Source: an uncultured Acidimicrobiia bacterium (GTDB lineage Bacteria; Actinomycetota; Acidimicrobiia; IMCC26256; JAENVU01). Taken from it: a DNA stretch of 64,000 nt. The notes beneath the pieces are model-generated. The model saw only the letters and a program-made list of their open reading frames with translations. It was not told the origin of the DNA and did no database searches. Where the stretch lies: positions 432,681 through 496,680 of the forward strand of contig CAVYOO010000003.1 of NCBI GenBank assembly GCA_963770095.1. The letters are read 5' to 3'. This document shows positions 9,829-20,818 of this stretch, one piece after another. Made by a program: the position numbers and the translations under genes. Within the stretch, counting starts at the first letter, position 1. Each line of letters opens with the position of its first letter.

Positions 9829-11935
9829 ATGACCACGACTCCCACCCCGGCCCCCACCGTCGCTCCGGGCGAGACCAAGGCCGAACGCGTCCGGAGCACC
9901 ACGTCGCTGCTGAACGGGCCCATCCTCCGCCGGGCCGTCGGCGACAGCTTCGTGAAGCTCAACCCGCGGACGCTGATGAGGAACCCGGTCATGTTCGTGG
10001 TCGAGGTCGGCAGCGTGCTCACCACGACCCTGTTCTTCACCGACTTCGGGTCGTCGAGCACCAGCCGGAACGTGTTCACCGCGCTCGTCGCCGCCTTCCT
10101 GTGGTTCACCGTGTTGTTCGCGAACCTCGCCGAAGCCGTCGCCGAGGGGCGGGGCAAGGCCCAAGCCGACACGCTGCGCCGCACGCGCTCCGAAACGATG
10201 GCGAACCGCCGACGGGCCGATGGCTCGATCGAAGAAGTGCCCGGCACCACCCTCGCCATTGGCGACGAGGTCATCGTGGTCGCGGGAGAGGTGATCCCGA
10301 GTGACGGCGATGTCGTGGAAGGCATCGCGAGCATCGACGAATCCGCGATCACCGGCGAGTCGGCTCCGGTCATCCGCGAGGCGGGCGGTGACCGGTCCGC
10401 GGTCACCGGTGGGACGCGCGTCCTCTCGGACCGGATCGTGGTGCGCATCACGGCGCGGCCCGGCGAGACGTTCATCGACCGGATGATCGCCCTCGTCGAG
10501 GGATCCGAGCGCCAGAAGACCCCGAACGAGATCGCGCTCAACATCCTCCTGGCCGGCCTCACGATCATCTTCCTGCTGGCGACCGTGAGCCTGCAGCCGT
10601 TCGCCATCTACGCGGACGCCGAGCAGTCGGTCGTCGTGCTCGTCGCCCTCTTGGTGTGCCTGATCCCGACGACGATCGGCGGGCTGCTCTCCGCGATCGG
10701 CATCGCGGGGATGGACCGCCTGGTGCGCAGGAACGTGTTGGCCATGAGCGGGCGCGGTGGAAGCAGCCGGTGACGTGAACACGCTTCTGCTGGACAAGAC
10801 CGGGACGATCACCTTCGGCGCCCGCCAGGCCGCCGAGCTGCGACCCGCACCCGGAGTTGACGAGCGCGAGCTCGCCGACGCGGCGCTCCTCTCCAGCCTG
10901 GCCGACGAGACGCCCGAGGGCCGTTCGATTCTCGAGCTGACCACGCGGGAGTACGGCATCGCACCGCGCGAGGTCCCGGGTGCCGAGCTGGTCGAGTTCA
11001 CCGCGCAGACTCGCATGAGTGGTCTCGATTTCGACGGCCGCAGCATCCGCAAGGGCGCGGCGGACTCCGTGCGGCTCTGGGTCGAGCAGAACGGCGGGAC
11101 GGTGCCGATCGAGCTGATCGACCAGGTGGACGAGATCGCCGGTCTCGGTGGCACGCCGCTCGTCGTGGCGGTCGAGGAACGGCTTCCGCCGCGAAGGCGC
11201 TCGGCGTGATCTACCTGAAGGACACGGTCAAGCCGGGCATGAAGGAGCGGTTCGTCGAGCTCCGGAAGATGGGCATCCGCACGGTGATGGTCACCGGCGA
11301 CAACCCGATCACCGCACGGTTCATCGCCGCGGAGGCCGGCGTCGACGACTTCATCGCCGAAGCCACTCCCGAGGACAAGATGGCCTACATCAAGGAGGAG
11401 CAGGCGCGGCGGCCGCCTGGTCGCGATGACCGGCGACGGCACCAACGACGCACCTGCCCTCGCCCAGGCCGACGTCGGGGTCGCCATGAACACCGGCACG
11501 CAGGCCGCGAAGGAGGCCGGGAACATGGTCGACCTGGACTCCGACCCGACGAAGCTCATCGACATCGTCGAGATCGGCAAGCAGCTGCTCATCACCCGCG
11601 GCGTCGCTCACGACCTTCTCGATCGCCAACGACGTCGCCAAGTACTTCGCCATCATCCCGGCGATGTTCGCTCGCCGTGTTCCCGCCAGCTCGACCGGCT
11701 CAACATCATGGACCTGGGCTCGCCGCGCTCGGCGATCCTCTCCGCGGTCATCTTCAACGCGCTGATCATCGTGGTCCTGATCCCGCTCGCGCTGCGCGGT
11801 GTGAAGTTCGTGCCGTCGGCGCGGCGCAGCTGTTGCGGCGGAACCTGCTCGATCTACGGGCTCGGCGGGATCGTCGCCCCGTTCATCGGGATCAAGCTCA
11901 TCGACATGATCGTCACGGCCCTGGGGGTGAAGTGA
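9829..11935 (+). pseudogene. kdpB: K+-transporting ATPase subunit B (P-type ATPase), multiple frameshifts
   Basis: The homology path needs frame switches at about 10756, 11182, 11410, 11603, 11673, 11686, 11818 and 11850. Motifs [10 protein letters not shown] and [18 protein letters not shown] are preserved in different frames. Confidence 0.9.
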
Positions 11936-12582
11936 TGCGACGCCAACTCATGCCCGCGATCATGATCGATGGTCGTCTTCACCCTGCTGCTCGGGATCGC
12001 CTACCCGCTCGTGGTCACCGGCGTCGCGCAGGGCGTGTTCCCGGACCAGGCCAACGGCTCGAAGCTCGAGGTCGACGGCAAGGTCGTCGGTTCCGAGCTG
12101 ATCGGCCAGACGTTCACGAAGCCGAAGTACTTCCACGGCCGGCCGAGTGCCCGGGCGCGGCCGCGAGCGGTTCGGACGCCACGGATCCGAATGACGAGAG
12201 CAAGAGGATGCCCAACGACCCGAAGGACCTGAGCCAGGACATCAGCTCGGGTCGAACTTCGGTCCGACCAACCCGGACTTCCTCGCCACGGTGAAGCAGC
12301 GGTCCCGCGAGTACCGCAGGGAGAACGGGCTTCCACCGGCTGCCAGGTGCCGGTCGACGCGGTGACGGCATCCGGCGTCGGGCCTCGATCCCCACATCTC
12401 CATCGCCAACGCGCGGCTCCAGGCAGGCGGGTCGCCGACGGCTCGCGGCGCTCGACGCTCGTCGCGGGTCGAGCAGCTCATCGACGAGAACACGGACGGT
12501 CGCTCGCTCGGCGTCCTCGGCGAACCCGGCGTCAACGTGGTCGAGCTCAACGTGGCTCTCGACCAGCTCGTCGTGACCGTAG
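11935..12582 (+). pseudogene. kdpC: K+-transporting ATPase subunit C, multiple frameshifts
   Basis: [11 protein letters not shown] / [31 protein letters not shown]... / [28 protein letters not shown] / [10 protein letters not shown] / [12 protein letters not shown] are spread over all three frames. The 3' end is approximate. Confidence 0.75.
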
Positions 12583-12592
12583 GCTCGAGTCG

Positions 12593-15128
12593 ATGGCCCG
12601 CGGGACGCTCCGCATCTATCTCGGCGCTGCGCCCGGCGTCGGCAAGACCTACGCGATGCTCAACGAAGGGCGACGGCGGCACGACCGCGGCACCGATGTC
12701 GTCGTCGGGTTCGTCGAGACGCACGGCTCGCGCGAACACGGCAGGCACAGATCGGCGACCTCGAGGTCGTCCCGCGCCAGCCGCATCGAGTACCGCGGCA
12801 CGCCTTCGAGGAGATGGACATCGACGCGCTCCTGGCTCGGAAGCCGCAGGTCGCGCTCGTCGACGAGCTCGCGCACACGAACGTCCCCGGGTCACGCAAC
12901 GAGAAGCGCTGGCAGGACGTCGAGGAGGTGCTCGACGCCGGCATCGACGTGATCTCGACCGTCAACATCCAGCACCTCGAGTCGATGAACGACGTGGTCG
13001 AGGCGATCACCGGCATCGAGCAGCAGGAGAAGATCCCGGACGCGGTCGTGCGGGCGGCCGACCAGGTCGAGCTCGTCGACATGACCCCTGAGGCGCTGCG
13101 CCGCCGCATGGCGCACGGCAACATCTACGCACCGGAGAAGGTCGACGCCGCGCTCGCCAACTACTTCCGCGAGGGCAACCTCGGCGCGCTCCGGGAGCTC
13201 GCGCTGCATGTGGGTCGCGGACCGGGTCGACGAGGCGCTGCGAGGAGTACCGCGAGGCTCCACGGCATCCCGGGACCTGGGAGACGCGGGAGCGGGTCGT
13301 GGTCGCGATCACGGGCGCGCCGGGCGGCGAGGATGTGCTCCGGCGCGCGGCGCGGATGGCGATGCGCACTCGCGGCGAGCTGCTCGGCGTGCACGTGCGG
13401 CGCGCCGACGGGCTCGCCGGGCCGTCGAACGAGCGGCTGGCGGAGCTGCGGCGATTGCTGACCGAGCTCGGCGGCCAGTACCGCGAGATCAGTGGCGGCG
13501 ACGTCGCCGAATCGTTGGTCGGATTCGCGAGGGCCGAGAACGCGAGCCAGACTCGTCATGGGCGCGAGCCAGCGATCGCGCTGGAGCGAGCTTCACGCGC
13601 GGCTCCGTCGATCAACGGGGTGCTCCGATCGTCCGGACCGATAGACGTGCATGTCATCTCGACCGAGACGGCTCGAGGGCGCGCGCGCGGCACCGTGCGG
13701 TCCGCCAACCGCGTCGACGGACGTATCTGCCCCGTCGGCGCCAGCAGGTCGGATGGTTCGCGGGCGCGCTGGCGCCGCCCCTTGCTCGCGGCGTTGCTCT
13801 CGATCGGTCGACAAGGGGTTCGGGCTGCCCAGCGTTCTGCTCCTCTTCCTCCTGCTGGTCGTAGTCGTCGCCGCTATCGGGGGACTTCTGCCTGCGCTCC
13901 TGGCGGCGATCAGTGGATCGCTGCTCGCGAACTTCTTCTTCACACCTCCGGTGCACACCTTCACGATCGCCGAAGGCGAGAATCTGCTCGCCCTGGTGGT
14001 GTTCCTCGTCGTCGCAGGCGTCGTGAGCTGGCTCGTCAGCGTGGCGAGCACAGCGCACTGCGGACGCGGCCGGGCGCGTGCCGAGGCCGAGACGCTCGCC
14101 GCGTTGGGCGGCACGCTGATCTTCAACCGAGGACCCGCTTCCGCAGCTCGTTGCTCAATTGCGAGCCGCGTTCGAGGTCGACACGGTCGCCGTCCTGCGG
14201 GAGCTGGAGCGACGGCGACTGGGCGATCGAGGCAGTGGCCGGCAAGCCCGTGCCGACCTGGCCCGACGAGGGCGACCTTCTCCGTGCCGATCGGTGCGCT
14301 CGAGGTGCTGGTCGTAGTCGGGAGTGGGCTCTCGGCACGAGGATGCGGAGGTCCTGCGCTCGTTCGCCGCGCAGGTGCAGGTCGCGGTCGAACGTCGGCG
14401 GCTCCGAGCCGAGGTCGCGGCGGCGGCCGGACTTGCCGAAGGCAACGAGCTGCGCACCGCGCTGCTCGCGGCGGTCTCGCACGACCTCCGTACTCCGCTG
14501 GCGTCGATCAAGGCCTCCGTGACGAGCCTGCTCCAGCGGGATGTCGAATGGACTCCCGAGGCGACGCACGAGCTCCTCGAGACCATCGACGAGGAGAGCC
14601 GACCGTCTCAACCACGCTCGTCGGGAACCTGCTCGACATGAGCCGGCTCCAGACCGGCGCGATGCAGCTCGTCGATGCGCGACGTCGGGCTCGAGGAGGT
14701 TGTGCCGCGCGGCGCTCGACGGCCTGCCGGATCGCCCGGCCGGAGTGGTCCTCGACCTCCCGGAGACACTCCCTCGGGTGAACGCCGATGCCGGGCTGCT
14801 CGAGCGGGCCGTCGCCAACATCGTCGACAACGCGCTGGTCTGGTCGCGGACCGGGCCAGACCGGTGCGAGTCGAAGCGGGTGTGGTGCACGAGCGCGTCG
14901 ACCTCAGGGTCATCGACCACGGTCCCGGGATCCCGGCCCCGGACCGCGACCGGATCTTCCAGCCGTTCCAGCGGCTCGGCGACAACCCGACGAACGGAAC
15001 CGGGGTCGGACTCGGTCTCGCCGGTAGCCCGCGGCTTCGTCGAGGCGATGGGTGGCGAGCTGGCGGTGGATGACACCCCGGGCGGCGGCATCACCATGGT
15101 CATCAGCCTGCCGGCGTCATCGCCGTGA
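12593..15128 (+). pseudogene. kdpD: Sensor histidine kinase KdpD, many frameshifts
   Basis: Conserved pieces: [68 protein letters not shown]...NIQHLES, WETRERVVVAITGAPGGEDV, the DUF4118 block, ELRTALLAAVSHDLRTPLASIKA, and LVGNLLDMSRLQTGAMQL up to ITMVISLPASSP*. They lie in alternating frames. For example, three switches occur within 12735-12801. Confidence 0.88.
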
Positions 15129-15813
15129 GCCGGGTCCTCGTCGTCGACGACGAGCCGCAGATCCGCGCGCGCGCTCGGAATCAACCTGCGCGCCCGCGGC
15201 TACGACGTCGACCTCGCGCCGAGACCGGCGAGCAGGCGACTGGAGCTCGCGGCCCGGCGACCATCCGGACGTCGTCGTCCTCGACCTCGGCTTGCCCGGG
15301 ATCGATGGCGTCGAGGTGATCCGGGGCCTCCGCGGGTGGAGCCAGGTCCCCGTCATCGTGCTTTCGGTGCGCGAGGAAGAGGCGGACAAGGTCGCGGCGC
15401 TCGACGCGGGCGCCGATGACTACGTCACCAAGCCCTTCGGCATGGACGAGCTGCTGGCGCGGCTGCGTGCGGCGTTGCGCCGCGCCGCGCCGGCCGAGGA
15501 AGAGGCCTCGGTCGTGACCGCGGACTTCACGATCGACCTCGCGGCGAAGCGGGTGACCAACGCCGACGGCGAGGAGATCCGGCTGACCCCGACCGAGTGG
15601 CACATCGTCGAGGTGCTGGTGCGGCACCGGGGGAAACTCGTCGCCCAGCGCAGCTGCTGCAAGAGGTCTGGGGTCCCGAGTACCAACGAGACGAACTACC
15701 TGCGGGTGTTCATGGCGCAGGTACGCCGCAAGCTCGAGCCGGAGCCCGGGCGGCCGCGGTACTTCTTCACCGAGCCGGGCATGGGCTACCGGTTCGAGTC
15801 GGGTGCCGCCTGA
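15125..15813 (+). pseudogene. kdpE: Response regulator KdpE (OmpR family), frameshifted
   Basis: VSRVLVVDDEPQIR (GTG 15125, overlapping the kdpD stop), PDVVVLDLGLPGIDGVEVIRGLR...DAGADDYVTKPFGMDELLARL, then LLQEVWGPEY and NYLRVFMAQVRRKLEPEPGRPRYFFTEPGMGYRFE in different frames. Confidence 0.85.
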
Positions 15814-15820
15814 CCCGGCG

Positions 15821-16510
15821 CTACTCGTCGATCGCTTCGTGGAGACGCTCGGCGACCTCTTCGGCTTCCTGGGCCGAGAGCGCGTGCGCCTTGGCCTTGC
15901 GGCGGTGCTTCAACACCTCGAACACCGCGGGGAGGATCGAGATGAGGATGACGAGGGCGATGATCGGCAGCAGGTACTTGTCGATGTTGTCCGTGCCGAT
16001 CTGGTCACCGAGGAGATAGCCGAGCGAGGTCACGCCGACGGCCCACAGGAATCCGCCGATCAGGTTGTACATGAGGAACGTCCGGTACTTCATCGAGCCG
16101 ACCCCGGCGAGGATGGGCGCGAAGGTTCGGACGACGGGAACGAAGCGGGCGAGCAGGATCGTCTTCGCACCGTGACTCTCGAAGAAATCGTCAGCCCGTT
16201 GGATGTACTCCTGTTTGAACAGCTTCGAGTTCGGACGGCTGAAGATCGACGGGCCTACCTTGCGGCCGAACAGGTAGCCCACCTGGTCGCCGATCACCGC
16301 CGCGGCGAAGCACCCCACCAGGATCACCGCGATGTTCAGATCGCCCTTGGAAGCGAACAGGCCGGCCGTGAACAGCAGTGAGTCGCCGGGGAGGAAGAAG
16401 CCGAACAGGAGTCCCGACTCGGCGAAGATGATCAGGAACAGCCCAATGGTCCCGAAGGACCGCAGGAGCTGCTGCGGATCGATGATGTCGGAAATTCCCC
16501 CCAAGACCAT
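15821..16510 (-). CDS. DedA/VTT-domain family membrane protein
   Basis: Intact 229 aa ORF. FAESGLLFGFFLPGDSLLFTAGLFA and ARFVPVVRTFAPILAGVGSM are DedA signatures. Confidence 0.85.
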   Translation of the reverse strand: MVLGGISDIIDPQQLLRSFGTIGLFLIIFAESGLLFGFFLPGDSLLFTAGLFASKGDLNIAVILVGCFAAAVIGDQVGYLFGRKVGPSIFSRPNSKLFKQEYIQRADDFFESHGAKTILLARFVPVVRTFAPILAGVGSMKYRTFLMYNLIGGFLWAVGVTSLGYLLGDQIGTDNIDKYLLPIIALVILISILPAVFEVLKHRRKAKAHALSAQEAEEVAERLHEAIDE

Positions 16511-16640
16511 CGGGACAGGTTAGACGGGGCGTTTTGGGAATCTCGCTCCGGTCGGTTTGACACCGTTCGGAGCCACGTGTCACTACGGAAATACGGTCCG
16601 GGGCTACGGTCGCCCCGTCGTCGAACCGAAATCGAGTCCC

Positions 16641-19319
16641 GTGCCCAAGCCACTCGTCATCGTCGAATCCAAGACCAAGGCCGACACCATCGGCCGGTTC
16701 CTTGGTCGCGACTACACGGTCATGGCCAGCGTCGGACACATCCGCGACCTGCCCCGGAAGGGTCTCGCGATCGACGTCCAGAACCACTTCCAGCCCGAGT
16801 ACGTGATCTCGCCGGAGAAGACGAAGGTCGTCAGCAGCCTGAAGCGCGCCCTCAAGGATGCGGACGAGCTCTACCTCGCGACGGACGAGGATCGCGAGGG
16901 CGAGGCGATCGCGTGGCACCTGCTCGAAGTGCTGAAGCCGAAGGCCGGATTCCCGGTCAAGCGGATGGTGTTCCACGAGATCACGGCGGAGGCGATCGAG
17001 GAAGCAATCTCCCATCCCCGTGACCTGGACATGAAGCTCGTCGAGGCACAGGAGGGGCGGCGCGTCCTCGACCGCCTCGTTGGCTACGAGGTCTCACCGG
17101 TGCTCTGGCGACGCGTCGGCGGCGCGCGTTCAGCCGGCCGGGTCCAGAGCGTCGCCACCCGTCTCGTCGTCGAGCGCGAGCGCGAGCGCATGGCGTTTCG
17201 TGCCGCGGACTACTGGGACCTCGACGGCCGGTTCGCGGCTCGCGGTGTCTCGTTCAACGCGCGCCTGGTCGAGCTCGACAGTCGCCGCGTCGCGACCAGC
17301 CGAGACTTCGATCCTGCGACCGGTGGGTTGGCCGAAGGTTCCGGCGCGGTGCACCTGCGCGTGGCCGACGCGGGTGAGCTCGTGACCCGGCTGCGCGACG
17401 TCGGCTACACGGTGGACTCCGCGGAATCGAAGCCGTTCACGGAGCGGCCGAAGCCTCCGTTCAAGACCACGACGCTGCAGCAGGAGGCCGGCAACAAGCT
17501 CCGGTTCAGTGCGGGGCGCACGATGTCGGTGGCGCAGGGCCTCTACGAGCGGGGCTACATCACCTACATGCGTACCGACTCCGTGAAGCTGTCGGAACAG
17601 GCCGTCGACGCGGCCCGGGCGCAGATCGTCGAGCGGTTCGGCCAGGCGTACCTCCCGCCCGCGCCGCGCGCGTACGCCAACAAGGTCAAGAACGCGGAGG
17701 AGGCCCACGAGGCGATCCGGCCGTCGGGGGCGCGGTTCCGCACTCCCGAGCAGGTCCGCGGGGAGCTCAGCCGCGACGAGCAGGCGCTCTACGAGCTGGT
17801 CTGGATGCGCACGGTCGCCAGCCAGATGCCCGATGCCCGCGGTCGCAGCCTCACCCTGCGCCTCGCCGGCACGTCGACCACGGGCGAGCACGCGATCTTC
17901 CGGGCGTCGGGCCGCACCTACGAGTTCCTCGGCTTCCGCATGGCCTACGTCGACATCAGCGAAGAGCCCGAGTCCGAGGAGGGGGAGATGAACCTCCCCG
18001 CGGTCGGCCAGGGCGAGGGCGTGGCCTGCGAGGGGATCGAGGCCGTCGGTCACTCGACGCAACCACCGGCGCGCTACACCGAGGCGAGCCTGGTCAAGGA
18101 GCTCGAGGATCGCGCGATCGGCCGGCCGTCGACCTACGCCTCGATCATCAACACGATCACGAACGAACGCGGGTACGTCTGGAAGAAGGGCAACGCGCTC
18201 GTCCCGTCGTGGACCGCGTTCGCGAAGACGCAGCTGCTCGAGCGCTACTTCCCGCACCTCGTCGACTACGACTTCACCGCGACGATGGAAGAGGCACTCG
18301 ACGAGGTCGCGGCCGGCCGCGGCGAATCGGAGAAGTGGCTGCACACCTTCTACTTCGGGAACGGCACCGCCGGGTTGCAGGAGCTGGTGTCGGAGGAGAA
18401 CCTCGCGAAGATCGACATGAGCGAGGTGAACAAGATCCACATCGTGGGCGGCCACGACGGCGAGCCCGAGATCATGGTGCGGGTCTGGAACACCGGTGAG
18501 TCGCTCCATCGCGGCGAGGACAAGTGCCCGCTCCCGGCGGACATGGCTCCCGACGAGCTGACGGCCGAGCGTGCGGTCGAGCTGCTCGCGAAGGGCGCCG
18601 CCGGCCCCCGTGAGCTCGGGGTCGATCCCGCGACGGGCCAGAAGGTGCTCGCGCTGAACGGTCGCTTCGGCCCGTTCGTGCAGCTCGGCGAGCTCGAAGA
18701 GGGATCGAAGGCGAAACCACCGCGCGCCTCGCTGTTCAAGTCGATGGATCCCGAGACGATCGACCTCGAGAGCGCGCTGAAGCTGCTCTCGCTGCCACGG
18801 GTCGTCGGCGCCGACAAGGACGGCGCGGAGATCACCGCGCAGAACGGTCGCTACGGCCCGTACCTGCGCAAGGGCACGGACAGTCGCAGCCTCGAGTCCG
18901 AGGACCAGATCTTCAACATCACGCTCGAGGGCGCGGAGGCGATCTTCGCTCAGCCCAAGCAGCGGCGCGGTCAGGCGAAGCCGCCGATCGCCGAGCTCGG
19001 GCCCAGCCCGGACACCGAGAAGCCGGTGCGGGTGCTCGACGGTCGCTTCGGGCCGTACTGCACCGACGGCACGACCAACGCCACGATCCCGCGCGGCATG
19101 GATCCGGCCGCGATCACGCTCGAGGAAGCGATCGAGCTGCTGCGCGAGCGGGCGGCGAAGGGTCCGTCGAAGAAGAAGGCCGCCAAGAAGAAAGCGGTCA
19201 AGAAGAAGGCGGTCAAGAAGAAGCCGGCGAAGAAGGCGGCCAAGAAGGCGGCGAAGCGGCCCGCCAAGCGCGTCGCTCCGTCGGTGGAGCCGGTCGATCC
19301 GGCGCCGTCGGCTCCGTGA
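16641..19319 (+). CDS. topA: DNA topoisomerase I
   Basis: GTG 16641 (VPKPLVIVESKTKADTIGRFLG), Toprim and catalytic-Tyr region (YITYMRTDS), and the actinobacterial Lys-rich tail KKKAAKKKAVKKKAVKKKPAKKAAKKAAKRPAKR. No frame disruption. Confidence 0.95.
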   Translation: MPKPLVIVESKTKADTIGRFLGRDYTVMASVGHIRDLPRKGLAIDVQNHFQPEYVISPEKTKVVSSLKRALKDADELYLATDEDREGEAIAWHLLEVLKPKAGFPVKRMVFHEITAEAIEEAISHPRDLDMKLVEAQEGRRVLDRLVGYEVSPVLWRRVGGARSAGRVQSVATRLVVERERERMAFRAADYWDLDGRFAARGVSFNARLVELDSRRVATSRDFDPATGGLAEGSGAVHLRVADAGELVTRLRDVGYTVDSAESKPFTERPKPPFKTTTLQQEAGNKLRFSAGRTMSVAQGLYERGYITYMRTDSVKLSEQAVDAARAQIVERFGQAYLPPAPRAYANKVKNAEEAHEAIRPSGARFRTPEQVRGELSRDEQALYELVWMRTVASQMPDARGRSLTLRLAGTSTTGEHAIFRASGRTYEFLGFRMAYVDISEEPESEEGEMNLPAVGQGEGVACEGIEAVGHSTQPPARYTEASLVKELEDRAIGRPSTYASIINTITNERGYVWKKGNALVPSWTAFAKTQLLERYFPHLVDYDFTATMEEALDEVAAGRGESEKWLHTFYFGNGTAGLQELVSEENLAKIDMSEVNKIHIVGGHDGEPEIMVRVWNTGESLHRGEDKCPLPADMAPDELTAERAVELLAKGAAGPRELGVDPATGQKVLALNGRFGPFVQLGELEEGSKAKPPRASLFKSMDPETIDLESALKLLSLPRVVGADKDGAEITAQNGRYGPYLRKGTDSRSLESEDQIFNITLEGAEAIFAQPKQRRGQAKPPIAELGPSPDTEKPVRVLDGRFGPYCTDGTTNATIPRGMDPAAITLEEAIELLRERAAKGPSKKKAAKKKAVKKKAVKKKPAKKAAKKAAKRPAKRVAPSVEPVDPAPSAP

Positions 19320-19351
19320 TTCGTTCGCTCGCGTCTTAGTCTGAGGAGTGC

Positions 19352-20818
19352 GTGAGCCCGGAGCCCGCACCTTTCATTCCGCCCTCGTCCGAGGAGCACT
19401 CGATTCCGCCGGCTCCGTGGCGGCTCTTCGGGACGCGCCCGTTCTTCAAGCTCTGGCTCGCCCAGGTGTTCTCGAGTCTCGGCGACTGGGTCGGGTTCTT
19501 CGCGATCCTGCAGGTGACCGACAACGTCTCGGGCGGCTCGGCGGCCGCGTTCAGTCTGGTGATCGCGGTCCGGATGGTGCCCGGCTTCTTCCTCGCGACG
19601 CTCGGCGGGGTGATCGTCGACCGGTTCGACCGGCGCAAGGTCATGGTGTGCTGCGATCTCGGGCGCGCCGCACTGATCTCGACACTGCCGTTCGTCGACA
19701 GCCTTGCCTTGCTGGTCCTCGTCTCGTTCTGCATCGAGATCCTCACGCTCCTGTGGGGACCGGCCAAGGATGCGTCGGTGCCGCACTTCGTCCCGGAGGA
19801 GAACCTGGCGACGGCGAACTCGCTCTCGCTCGTCGCGTCGTACGGCACGTTCCCGGTCGCCGGCATCATCACCGCCACGCTTGGCGTGATCGCCGGCTGG
19901 TTGGGTGGATTCGAGGCACTCGCATCACTCAAGGACAACTCCGCGATCCCCGCGCTCTGGTTCGACGCGATCACGTACGTGGTCTCCGCCATCATCGTCT
20001 TCGGGCTCCCGATTCCTCGCCGGCCGAAGCGCGGCGACCGCACGTTCGAGTGGAAGTCCACGTTCTCGGACATCACGGACGGTCTCTTGTTCATCCGGAC
20101 GGATCGCTTCGCCCGCGCGGTCATCGTCGGTCTCGGTGGCGGCGTCATCGGTGCCGGGGCGATGGTGCCACTGAGCACCGTGTTCGCCACCGAGGTGCTG
20201 GGCAGCAAGTCGGAGTTCGGCGTCTTGCTGTTCGCGCTCGGGACGGGCGCGGCGATCGGCGTGTTCGGCCTGCTCGCGTTCCAGAAGCGTCTCCCGCGCG
20301 ACACGGCCTTCGAATGGTCGATCATCGGCGCGGGCATCTGCCTCGCCGTCGCGGCTGCGTTCAACGAAGGAGGCCTCGCCGCGGTGATGATCGCGGGTGT
20401 CGGTGCGTTCGCCGGAGCCGCGTACATCACCGGGTTCACCGTGTTGCAGGAGACGGTGACCGACGAGCTGCGAGGTCGAACGTTCGCGACGCTCTATGCC
20501 GTCGTCCGGCTCTGCCTGCTCCTCTCCCTCACGGTGTCGCCGTTGTTCGCAGACCTCTACGAGTGGCTGTTCAGCCTCGCCGCGGGCGAGCCGCGCATCG
20601 CACTCGGCGGGTTCCACTACGGCTTTCCCGGCGTCCGCCTCGCGCTGTGGGGTGGCGCGCTGGTCACCATCGCCTCGGGCCTCTACGCGTGCCACGAGCT
20701 GAAGGCGATGCGCGCGCTCGTGGGCGTGCCCCGCCACCCGGCCAACGGTCACCCGTCTCCCCACCTCAAACCGGAGCCCGCGGAGCCGAGCCTCGAAGAA
20801 ACGGAGCCGGGCGAGTGA
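19352..20818 (+). CDS. MFS transporter
   Basis: Intact 488 aa ORF with 12-14 hydrophobic segments. LAQVFSSLGDWVGFFAIL and GGVIVDRFDRRKVM are typical of the EntS/DUF894-like MFS subfamily. Confidence 0.8.
   Translation: MSPEPAPFIPPSSEEHSIPPAPWRLFGTRPFFKLWLAQVFSSLGDWVGFFAILQVTDNVSGGSAAAFSLVIAVRMVPGFFLATLGGVIVDRFDRRKVMVCCDLGRAALISTLPFVDSLALLVLVSFCIEILTLLWGPAKDASVPHFVPEENLATANSLSLVASYGTFPVAGIITATLGVIAGWLGGFEALASLKDNSAIPALWFDAITYVVSAIIVFGLPIPRRPKRGDRTFEWKSTFSDITDGLLFIRTDRFARAVIVGLGGGVIGAGAMVPLSTVFATEVLGSKSEFGVLLFALGTGAAIGVFGLLAFQKRLPRDTAFEWSIIGAGICLAVAAAFNEGGLAAVMIAGVGAFAGAAYITGFTVLQETVTDELRGRTFATLYAVVRLCLLLSLTVSPLFADLYEWLFSLAAGEPRIALGGFHYGFPGVRLALWGGALVTIASGLYACHELKAMRALVGVPRHPANGHPSPHLKPEPAEPSLEETEPGE

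Noticed and set aside
9640-15813. Programmed ribosomal frameshifting or transcriptional slippage as an explanation for the kdp frame changes.
   Set aside because: There are too many switches in both directions. They are not at slippery heptamers or long homopolymers, and no stimulatory structures are evident. Random small indels fit better.
16557-16585. A consensus TTGACA (16557-16562) as the topA -35 element.
   Set aside because: No acceptable TAnnnT hexamer lies 16-19 nt downstream (TCACTA, CACTAC). It is too weak to report as a promoter feature.
19140-19290. Repetitive AAGAAG/GCC codon runs in the topA tail (and at 53990-54105 in carD) as possible tandem repeats, VNTR or a CRISPR-like array.
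   Set aside because: They are in-frame, imperfect Lys/Ala/Pro codon repeats that encode basic tails. There is no repeat-spacer periodicity.
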